A DNA stretch of 64,000 bases from a virus, in IMG/VR virus record IMGVR_UViG_3300031975_001631. One strand, written 5' to 3'. Each line of letters starts with the position of its first letter. Position 1 is the first letter of the stretch. The translations under genes and the position numbers were made by a program. The notes below the pieces were generated by a model, which saw only the letters and a program-made list of their open reading frames with translations, was not told the origin of the DNA and did no database searches. Shown here in pieces: positions 56,749 to 64,000 of the stretch.

Positions 56749-57099
56749 TTAAACAGGTTCAGAGTATGAATGGGTTCCGTTGACCTGAAGGACTAGATAT
56801 CCATCAGTGTCTAGGTAATAAAAAAGGTTGCGCCTATCAAAGCGTATCTGTTGATATTTATCTTGTGGGTTATTGGCAAGTGATTTTTGTTCAGTGGTTT
56901 CTTCAACATAATCGTTGTAGTCCCCGAACTCTTCAACCTGCGTTCCATCTAAACGATGAGGATCAAGAGTTTCACTGGTAGATGCCGTGCTTACTTTACT
57001 AAAGAACAGCATGTCATTTGCATCTCTCCTCAACGCATAAACATAATAACCCGTAGAATCTTTAGGCTGAAAATGTGCGTTACTTAAAGTTAATGCCAT
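56749..57099 (-). CDS. Conserved virion-associated hypothetical protein
   Basis: YYVYALRRD...YQQIRFD..NLFYYLD.DGYLV. Confidence 0.7.
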   Translation of the reverse strand: MALTLSNAHFQPKDSTGYYVYALRRDANDMLFFSKVSTASTSETLDPHRLDGTQVEEFGDYNDYVEETTEQKSLANNPQDKYQQIRFDRRNLFYYLDTDGYLVLQVNGTHSYSEPV

Positions 57100-57569
57100 T
57101 AGCTAATGATTCTCCAATAAGTACCTGTCCACAAGAACATAACAGTCACTCCCGAAACATCTAAGTTAACGGGACCATTATCAATGTTGCCAATCGCATC
57201 TTTGAATTGATGCGCGGATGAGGTCAATATAACATTATTTATATTCCAGTTTTGTCCGCCATCAGCGATCTCAATACTGTCTCCAATAGAGAGATTGACC
57301 ACGGGCATTGTAGCGTTAATGGCACCAGCACTAGTATTCGCAAGATATCTCTTGTTAACAACTAACTGGGTAGTAATAGGACCAGTAAGGTCAGTATAGA
57401 CAGGAGTGGCACCAGTTGCTGCTTGAGCAACTGTTTCTACATTGTTCCCAGATCTGATATAGATTTTCTGGTCAACTATATTAATAGCCATCTCTCCATC
57501 TTCCAGGTCTACTAAACCAGGAATCTGACCCTGCGTGGTACTTCTTTTTGGTTTAATGCGTGTAGGCAT
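57099..57569 (-). CDS. Short tail-fibre-type protein
   Basis: IKPKRST...P..L.DGEMAIN..DQKIY N-terminus; C-terminal domain homologous to the end of 53068..56736. Confidence 0.7.
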   Translation of the reverse strand: MPTRIKPKRSTTQGQIPGLVDLEDGEMAINIVDQKIYIRSGNNVETVAQAATGATPVYTDLTGPITTQLVVNKRYLANTSAGAINATMPVVNLSIGDSIEIADGGQNWNINNVILTSSAHQFKDAIGNIDNGPVNLDVSGVTVMFLWTGTYWRIIS

Positions 57570-57603
57570 TACGACAAAATGAATATGTGACTCATAGTAT
57601 TTA

Positions 57604-58089
57604 TCAGAAGTAACTTACCGATAATACAATTCTAGCTTTTTGATCAGTACAGGTGGTGCTATGGTGTGGTTCAGATCCATCAAAAAGAACAACTCTATTC
57701 TCAACACTCTCTACTTTTGTTCCATCTTTGAATCCAGTATATCCATTACAAGTATTCAAATATAAAACTGCAGTCTTATGATTGTAATGATAATCCTCAT
57801 GAAAATCATGTTCAATAAATTTACCACTATTGGGATACAAATTAAATCTTACTCTTATAAGAGCTTTTACATTTAAATAATTTACTAACAAATGATCCAG
57901 TTCTTTTATGAAAGAACTCTGTGGTTCAAACCGATCAAATACCCTATGAGTAAAAAAGAAATGGTTATCGTTCATTTCACCTAAGTTAGCAACCTCTTGA
58001 CAAAATACCCAAGGAAACTGTGTACTGAATACACTATTCTTTAGATGATCAAAATAGTCTTGCTCCAAATAATTATCAAGTATCTTCAT
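57604..58089 (-). CDS. 2OG-Fe(II) oxygenase
   Basis: FHED, TAVLYLN...TGF, NRVVLFDGSEPHHS, RIVLS. Confidence 0.85.
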   Translation of the reverse strand: MKILDNYLEQDYFDHLKNSVFSTQFPWVFCQEVANLGEMNDNHFFFTHRVFDRFEPQSSFIKELDHLLVNYLNVKALIRVRFNLYPNSGKFIEHDFHEDYHYNHKTAVLYLNTCNGYTGFKDGTKVESVENRVVLFDGSEPHHSTTCTDQKARIVLSVSYF

Positions 58090-58669
58090 GGTAATATTCA
58101 TAGAGATTAAACGCGATTGACATCCGAGGTTCTTTACCATCACTCAAATTTCTATCTACATTATGAGCTAATGATGCAGGAAAAAGAATCATCAATCCAT
58201 CATCAGGTTCGACAGAAAAACATGTTTGCTGAGTTAATGATAAATTATGTTCATCTAAATGATGAAAAGTAATACCCCCAGAGTTATCTGGTACATTTAT
58301 GTATAGTACTCCAGCTATAGATGACCCAGGATGAGTGTGTCTTACATTATAACACTCAACATAATTAATATTAAACCACATGTTGGCAAGACGAGGTTGA
58401 AAATTAACCTCTACGAGTTCATTCTTATAGTACACTTCCAACAAACTCAGGATTCTATCACTTAAATAATTTAGAAAAGGGGTAAAGCTTTTCTCTAGAT
58501 AAAAATCATCAGGACTTTGATATCCATCAACATTACTTCTATGGTTTGGTTGATAAACTTTAGCATAATTTTCCATCCAATCCATGAAATGATCTTGAAT
58601 ATCATCAAAGTCATCATCAAAAGATCTTGCCACAACATATGGCAGAATGGAAAAAGAATCTTCAGTCAA
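58076..58669 (-). CDS. 2OG-Fe(II) oxygenase (TIGR02466-like)
   Basis: MWFNIN, RHTHP, AGVLYINVP, LFPASLAHNV, RMSIAFN. Confidence 0.85.
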   Translation of the reverse strand: MTEDSFSILPYVVARSFDDDFDDIQDHFMDWMENYAKVYQPNHRSNVDGYQSPDDFYLEKSFTPFLNYLSDRILSLLEVYYKNELVEVNFQPRLANMWFNINYVECYNVRHTHPGSSIAGVLYINVPDNSGGITFHHLDEHNLSLTQQTCFSVEPDDGLMILFPASLAHNVDRNLSDGKEPRMSIAFNLYEYYHEDT

Positions 58670-59324
58670 TGTAATTATTCTCCTCTAACCATTCGCGAGT
58701 CATTGGGGTTGGTTCGTAAACTTCCCACATAGAACCAGTAGCACATGCATCTAGTGCTGCCATAGTCATACCTTCTGTCTTACCTGCCCAGGTTGCTTCT
58801 GCTTCCCAAGGTACAGCAGACTTAGGATAGGTACGCTCTACCATCTCTCTCCAGAGCATAGGAACTTCATCTTCAGGTTTAATAATAGCAATCATACTAT
58901 TATTAATTGTTCCTGCCATACAATCTTGTGCAGCATGCCATCCCTCATGTCTCATGACTGCCATAAGAACTCCAGGATCATTCATATAATTTTCATTCAG
59001 GAAGAAGTTATTACTTACAGTATGATAGACACCACGATGACCTACTGGGAAATACTTATCGTCAGCAAGATATACTTTCACACCAACCTGATTAAGGGAG
59101 GAAAGCATATGATTAAACTCGTTCGCAACTACAGTAAAACGAGAGTAGTTTTTATATTCGGATGAGACATCCAATAAGGAGTGTACTTCTTTCACACCAT
59201 CAGTACATTCACCTAATAGCATACATCCCATGGAATCCATAGTCTTATATCCTTTAGTGATTTTATCTTCGTTAGCGAAGACTGGAGATGCTGCTAGAAG
59301 CAGAGCTAAAAGAAGTTTTTTCAT
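58662..59324 (-). CDS. Secreted HExxH putative zinc metallopeptidase
   Basis: Signal peptide MKKLLLALLLAASPVFA; MRHEGWHAAQ; distal EAEA. Confidence 0.7.
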   Translation of the reverse strand: MKKLLLALLLAASPVFANEDKITKGYKTMDSMGCMLLGECTDGVKEVHSLLDVSSEYKNYSRFTVVANEFNHMLSSLNQVGVKVYLADDKYFPVGHRGVYHTVSNNFFLNENYMNDPGVLMAVMRHEGWHAAQDCMAGTINNSMIAIIKPEDEVPMLWREMVERTYPKSAVPWEAEATWAGKTEGMTMAALDACATGSMWEVYEPTPMTREWLEENNYID

Positions 59325-59326
59325 AA

Positions 59327-59632
59327 TTAAACTCTAAAGTGAATTGGTTGTGAATCTGATTGAGGTAAAGACTGCTGAATTTCAAGTTCTTGACCCTCAA
59401 CTACAATCTTTGCAGGAGGAAGTCCATGTTGCCCAGGCAACTCTTTATCTGTAGTAGCCGTAATATCAATAACTTGATCGGTAATAAATTTATTTTTTCT
59501 ATATGTTCTACCAGGAACCATGGAACATAAGTTTATTGCATCTTTTTCCCATCCACAGTCAGCATACTTTTTACCAAGAGAATCATATACTGAGTAATAT
59601 TCATTTCCCATAAGAGGAGGTGCTATTCCCAA
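59327..59632 (-). CDS. Conserved cyanophage hypothetical protein
   Basis: YYSVYD..GKK.ADCG...DA. Confidence 0.7.
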   Translation of the reverse strand: MGIAPPLMGNEYYSVYDSLGKKYADCGWEKDAINLCSMVPGRTYRKNKFITDQVIDITATTDKELPGQHGLPPAKIVVEGQELEIQQSLPQSDSQPIHFRV

Positions 59633-59647
59633 CTAATTATAGCATAT

Positions 59648-60586
59648 TTATTTTACTTGTCCAATGACCCATGATCTCATGCCAAATGGTGTATCAGCAA
59701 TCAAGCTCTGAGTTAATGTTGCCACCTCTGGCGGCACTACCAGACAGAATCCAATACCACAGTTGAACACATTACGCATCTCCTCTTCGGCAATCTCTCC
59801 TGCCTCCTGAATCTTGTTAAAGAGTTCTGGTCTCTCCCAAGCATCATAGTCAACATCAACTGTAAGACCTGATGGAAGACACCTAGGAAGATTCTCAGGG
59901 ATACCTCCACCAGTGATGTGTGCCATGCCTAAGATAGGAACCTCATCCAACAGGTACTGGATCAGACGGGCATAGATGGTGGTCGGTATCAGAAGCTCTG
60001 GCATCTCCTTATAGTAAATGTAATTTCTATTAAGCAAATAGTTAACAAGAGTATATCCATTACTATGAAGTCCACTACTCTCAATACCAATGACTACATC
60101 ACCAGGTTGAATGTTAGTACCATCAACAATTTCATTCTTCTCTACAACACCAGTACAGAAACCAGCAAGGTCATAATCAGTTTGTCTGAAATGTTCTGCC
60201 GTTTCTCCACCTAGTAGTTCCATACCAGCCATCACACAACCAGTATTAATTCCATATACAATGTCACTCACATTACCGTCAAGGGATTTGGTAGAGATAT
60301 AGTCTAGAAAATATAATGGTTTAGCACCACTACAGATTACATCATTAACACACATAGCAACCAAATCTATACCGATAGTAAGGTACATATCGGCAATCCT
60401 ACAGATATTCATCTTAGTTCCGACACCATCAGCACCAGATACTAATACAGGTTTCTCATATCCTGATGGGATTTCCATCATTCCATTGAACCCACCATCA
60501 ATCTTAGGTGCCAGTGCTTTGATATATTCTACAAAGGATCTACCCTTGATAATGTCAACACCAGAAGTTTTGTAGTCCATTTTCAT
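59648..60586 (-). CDS. purM: Phosphoribosylformylglycinamidine cyclo-ligase (AIR synthetase)
   Basis: YKTSGVD, DGVGTK, DLVAMCVND, GGETAE, SSGLHSNGY, AHITGGG, FNCGIG. Confidence 0.96.
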   Translation of the reverse strand: MKMDYKTSGVDIIKGRSFVEYIKALAPKIDGGFNGMMEIPSGYEKPVLVSGADGVGTKMNICRIADMYLTIGIDLVAMCVNDVICSGAKPLYFLDYISTKSLDGNVSDIVYGINTGCVMAGMELLGGETAEHFRQTDYDLAGFCTGVVEKNEIVDGTNIQPGDVVIGIESSGLHSNGYTLVNYLLNRNYIYYKEMPELLIPTTIYARLIQYLLDEVPILGMAHITGGGIPENLPRCLPSGLTVDVDYDAWERPELFNKIQEAGEIAEEEMRNVFNCGIGFCLVVPPEVATLTQSLIADTPFGMRSWVIGQVK

Positions 60587-61281
60587 TGAATAGCAAGGGG
60601 TTGTAGTTGGTCAAGAATATAACGATAGGCAGGTACAATATCTCCTTCATCCTTCCTGAATAGATCTTTATCAAATCTTTCATCACTACCAATCTTCCAG
60701 AGCCTCATACTATCAGGACTGATCTCATCAGCCAGTATCAGTTCTCCATGAGCAGTATAACCATATTCAATCTTGAAGTCAACCAAATCAATACCCATGA
60801 TGTAGAACATCTGACGAAGGAAATCATTGATACGGAGTGTCATCTCAATGAAAGGTTCTGGATCATATCCCATGAGACGCACACGATCCTTTGTGAGCAG
60901 AGGATCATGCTTACTATCATCCTTCAGAAAGAACTCAACAATTGGATTTGGTAGTGGATAACCCTCCTTGAGAGTTGTCTCACGAACAATAGATCCAGCA
61001 GCACGATTCCTACAAATAACTTCTAGAGGAACGATGTCTACATTCTTACAGATCATCTTGTTAGCACCAACCATATTAATATAATGAGTTGGGATAAGCT
61101 CTTTGGCAAGTTTTTCAAAAATGATAGATGAAATACTACAGCAAAGAGATCCCTTTCCTAAAGGATGATCTTCCTTCTCTCCATTTCCTGCAGTCACCTT
61201 ATCATGATACTCAATAATGACTTGCTCTGCATCATCACCTTGGTATACAGTTTTTACCTTTCCTTCTGTAATTACTTCCAT
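60583..61281 (-). CDS. purC: SAICAR synthetase
   Basis: EGKVK, PLEVICRN.AAGS, DFKIEYG, LADEISPDSMRLW, DKDLFR. Confidence 0.96.
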   Translation of the reverse strand: MEVITEGKVKTVYQGDDAEQVIIEYHDKVTAGNGEKEDHPLGKGSLCCSISSIIFEKLAKELIPTHYINMVGANKMICKNVDIVPLEVICRNRAAGSIVRETTLKEGYPLPNPIVEFFLKDDSKHDPLLTKDRVRLMGYDPEPFIEMTLRINDFLRQMFYIMGIDLVDFKIEYGYTAHGELILADEISPDSMRLWKIGSDERFDKDLFRKDEGDIVPAYRYILDQLQPLAIQ

Positions 61282-61306
61282 AAAAAAGAGGGTGTTTAAC
61301 CCTCTT
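61282..61306 (-). terminator. Rho-independent terminator directly upstream of purC
   Basis: AAGAGGGT-TAAAC-ACCCTCTT plus TTTT. Confidence 0.7.
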
Positions 61307-61335
61307 AGTATACCATCATTCAGTTTGCTTGTAAA
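61307..61335 (-). promoter_or_regulatory. Sigma70-type promoter for purC-purM
   Basis: TTTACA-N17-TATACT. Confidence 0.65.
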
Positions 61336-61531
61336 TGTTTTCTAGTTTCTCTCTACTGAGATCAACATACATCAACTCTTCACCTGCCTGTGGTGCCTCA
61401 GGATGCTTTGGTTTGGGAGGATTCCTCATCTCTATATTAATAGATTGAATGTTGCACCACATCATAGCGAAGGCACCACCAGCAATGAGAGCGAAGCATA
61501 TAAAGTATAGCGTGAACTCGAAACTATTCAT
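61316..61531 (-). CDS. Small membrane protein (DUF2973-like)
   Basis: TM helix then HPEAP..GEELMYV. Confidence 0.7.
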   Translation of the reverse strand: MNSFEFTLYFICFALIAGGAFAMMWCNIQSINIEMRNPPKPKHPEAPQAGEELMYVDLSREKLENIYKQTE

Positions 61532-61579
61532 GATGCCTTATTTAAGTTTAGGATTGAAATTTTAATAAGAAAATACTTA

Positions 61580-62635
61580 TTAAAGGGCATTACCACGAGG
61601 TAATACTTCCTCGGGGAATACGAATGACTCATGTGGTTGATCAACTGGTGCCAACCATGCTCTCAAGCCTTCATTCAATAGGATGTTCTTGGTGTAGAAG
61701 GTCTCAAACTCTGGGTCTTCTGCTGCACGAATCTCCTGACTCACAAAATCATAAGCACGAAGATTAAGAGCAAGCCCAATGATGCCAATAGAAGATGTCC
61801 AAAGACCCATGACAGGAACAAACAGCATAAAGAAGTGCAACCAACGCTTATTACTAAAAGCAATCCCGAAGATTTGCGACCAGAAACGGTTCGCTGTAAC
61901 CATCGAGTAAGTCTCCTCTTCTTGAGTGGAATCAAATGCCTTGAATGTGTTTGCTTGTTCTCCATCTTCATACAATGTATTTTCTACAGTGACACCATGG
62001 ATAGCACTGAGCAGTGCTCCTCCCAGGATACCTGCCACTCCCATCATATGGAAGGGATTGAGCGTCCAATTATGAAAGCCCTGGAGGAAGAGAAGGAAGC
62101 GGAAAATCGCCGCGACACCGAAACTCGGCGCAAAGAACCAAGATGACTGTCCCAAAGGATAGATGAGGAATACAGACACGAATACAGCAATAGGACCAGA
62201 AAAAGCAATCGCATTGTAGGGACGAATTCCAATTAACCTAGCCAACTCGAATTGACGAAGCATGAAACCAATGAGGGCAAAGGCTCCATGGAGTGCCACA
62301 AAATTCCAGAGTCCCCCAAGTTGGCACCACCGCTGGAAATTCCCCTGAGACTCAGGACCCCAAAGTAGAAGAAGAGAATGACCCATAGCATCAGCAGGCG
62401 TCGAGACAGCTGCCGTGAGAAAGTTAGCACCCTCAAGATAGGAACTAGCAAGACCGTGGGTGTACCAGCTCGTAACAAAAGCTGTCCCAGTAAGCCAACC
62501 GCCAATGGCCAGATAAGCAGTGGGAAGAAGTAGTAGTCCAGACCAGCCCACAAATACAAAGCGGTCGCGTTTAAGCCAGTCATCCAGGACATCAAACCAC
62601 CCCCTTGTCGGTGCTGTTAGTGTACTTGTCGTCAT
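61580..62635 (-). CDS. psbD: Photosystem II D2 protein
   Basis: [16 protein letters not shown] ... [10 protein letters not shown]. Confidence 0.99.
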   Translation of the reverse strand: MTTSTLTAPTRGWFDVLDDWLKRDRFVFVGWSGLLLLPTAYLAIGGWLTGTAFVTSWYTHGLASSYLEGANFLTAAVSTPADAMGHSLLLLWGPESQGNFQRWCQLGGLWNFVALHGAFALIGFMLRQFELARLIGIRPYNAIAFSGPIAVFVSVFLIYPLGQSSWFFAPSFGVAAIFRFLLFLQGFHNWTLNPFHMMGVAGILGGALLSAIHGVTVENTLYEDGEQANTFKAFDSTQEEETYSMVTANRFWSQIFGIAFSNKRWLHFFMLFVPVMGLWTSSIGIIGLALNLRAYDFVSQEIRAAEDPEFETFYTKNILLNEGLRAWLAPVDQPHESFVFPEEVLPRGNAL

Positions 62636-62732
62636 TTTTACTTACCGTTTTAATACCTTTTAAGTGAAATAATTGTGGCCAAGTATCACGAATGATCTCG
62701 GCAAGTTTGATAGGTGTATCAGAACTAATCAT
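62592..62732 (-). CDS. Small ORF, 46 aa ([26 protein letters not shown]...), overlapping the psbD start
   Basis: Hand translation; fills the psbA-psbD gap. Confidence 0.55.
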   Translation of the reverse strand: MISSDTPIKLAEIIRDTWPQLFHLKGIKTVSKNDDKYTNSTDKGVV

Positions 62733-62778
62733 AATAGTAACACACAAAGTATGGGGACTACAAGAGTTAGAATACCTA

Positions 62779-62808
62779 TAAAAAACCCCCCCACATATGT
62801 GAGGGGGT
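62779..62808 (-). terminator. Rho-independent terminator after psbA
   Basis: CCCCCTCAC-ATAT-GTGGGGGG plus TTTTTT. Confidence 0.8.
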
Positions 62809-62828
62809 GTAGACTACCGTCAGGCATA

Positions 62829-63905
62829 TTAGCCTACGGCAGGTGCGGTAAGTGCCACAGGTGTGGACTCAGCAGCAGCAAGATCCAAGGGGAAGTTGTG
62901 GGCGTTACGCTCATGCATAACTTCCATTCCAAGACCAGCACGGTTCAGTACATCTGCCCAGGTGTTCAACACACGACCCTGACCATCAAGGATGGACTGG
63001 TTGAAGTTGAAACCGTTCAGGTTGAATGCCATCGTGGAGACGCCAAGGGCGGTGAACCAGATGCCAACAACAGGCCATGCAGCAAGGAAGAAGTGCAAGG
63101 AACGGGAGTTGTTGAATGAAGCGTATTGGAAGATCAAACGACCGAAGTAGCCATGTGCTGCGACGATGTTATAGGTCTCTTCTTCTTGACCGAACTTGTA
63201 ACCGTAGTTCTGTGACTCTGTTTCAGTTGTTTCACGAACAAGTGAGGAAGTAACGAGACTTCCGTGCATAGCAGAGAACAAAGATCCACCGAATACCCCA
63301 GCAACACCGAGCATGTGGAACGGGTGCATAAGGATATTGTGTTCTGCTTGGAATACAAGCATGTAGTTAAAAGTACCAGAGATACCAAGAGGCATAGCAT
63401 CGGAGAAAGAACCTTGACCGAAAGGATAGACGAGGAATACTGCACTCGCAGCAGCGACTGGTGCCGAGTAGGCAACACAGATCCATGGACGCATACCTAA
63501 ACGGTAAGAAAGTTCCCACTCACGACCCATGTATGCATAGATACCGATGAGGAAGTGGAATACTACCAATTGGAAAGGACCGCCATTGTAAAGCCATTCA
63601 TCCAAAGATGCAGCTTCCCAGATGGGGTAGAAGTGAAGACCGATTGCGTTTGAAGAAGGAACAACTGCACCAGAGATGATGTTGTTACCGTACATGAGTG
63701 AACCAGCTACAGGTTCACGGATACCGTCAATATCGACGGGAGGTGCTGCGATGAATGCAACAATGAAGCAGACAGTTGCTGCAAGCAGTGTTGGGATCAT
63801 CAGTACACCGAACCAACCAACATACAAACGATTATTGGTTGAGGTTACCCACTCACAGAAATTCTGCCATGGGGTTGATTGTTGTCTTGAAAGAGTTGTA
63901 GCCAT
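62829..63905 (-). CDS. psbA: Photosystem II D1 protein
   Basis: [15 protein letters not shown] ... [13 protein letters not shown]; uninterrupted. Confidence 0.99.
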   Translation of the reverse strand: MATTLSRQQSTPWQNFCEWVTSTNNRLYVGWFGVLMIPTLLAATVCFIVAFIAAPPVDIDGIREPVAGSLMYGNNIISGAVVPSSNAIGLHFYPIWEAASLDEWLYNGGPFQLVVFHFLIGIYAYMGREWELSYRLGMRPWICVAYSAPVAAASAVFLVYPFGQGSFSDAMPLGISGTFNYMLVFQAEHNILMHPFHMLGVAGVFGGSLFSAMHGSLVTSSLVRETTETESQNYGYKFGQEEETYNIVAAHGYFGRLIFQYASFNNSRSLHFFLAAWPVVGIWFTALGVSTMAFNLNGFNFNQSILDGQGRVLNTWADVLNRAGLGMEVMHERNAHNFPLDLAAAESTPVALTAPAVG

Positions 63906-63911
63906 TGTTTT

Positions 63912-63992
63912 GAACAAAAAAGTAAGACCATCAGGGAATGGTGGAGTTACTATTTTCCTACCACCCTCAGGTAGGAATATTAAAGACGCTTT
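63912..63992 (-). ncRNA. Structured psbA leader, PhotoRC-II-like RNA
   Basis: Hairpins TTCCTACC/GGTAGGAA and AGTAA-CTCC-ACCAT-TCCCTG-ATGGT-C-TTACT upstream of psbA. Confidence 0.55.
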
Positions 63993-64000
63993 TATACACC

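Noticed and set aside
61580-63905. Group I intron or homing endonuclease in or between psbA and psbD
   Set aside because: Both genes are uninterrupted and full-length, and the 193-bp gap holds only a terminator and a short ORF

Overview
64 kb of a T4-like cyanomyovirus genome (Kyanoviridae-like; host probably marine Synechococcus because both psbA and psbD are present), mostly encoded on the minus strand. It contains: (i) an accessory block at the left end (HinP1I/MspI-like endonuclease, degenerate flavin halogenase-like protein, a KxDG nucleotidyltransferase-like protein, a 2OG-Fe(II) oxygenase); (ii) several large tail-fibre/adhesin genes, including a Gly-X-Pro/Arg-rich gp38-like adhesin and a subtilase-bearing fibre; (iii) three signal-peptide proteins next to tRNA-Leu(UAA); (iv) the T4 baseplate/replication core (gp5, gp26, gp51, gp54-like, gp4, gp2, gp48, gp53, gp32, gp33, PhoH, ThyX, glutaredoxin); (v) auxiliary metabolic genes talC, cp12, purM, purC, psbD, psbA and a nitrilase; (vi) an ADP-heptose-type nucleotide-sugar, carbamoyltransferase and GT9-like glycosyltransferase cluster adjoining duplicated 29-Cys tail proteins; (vii) a tandem glutamine-riboswitch-like RNA in which the second aptamer appears to carry an entire 55-codon ORF in its loop, upstream of a DUF4278/YRG peptide. 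All family assignments come from motifs read by eye and recalled family knowledge. No database searches were run.
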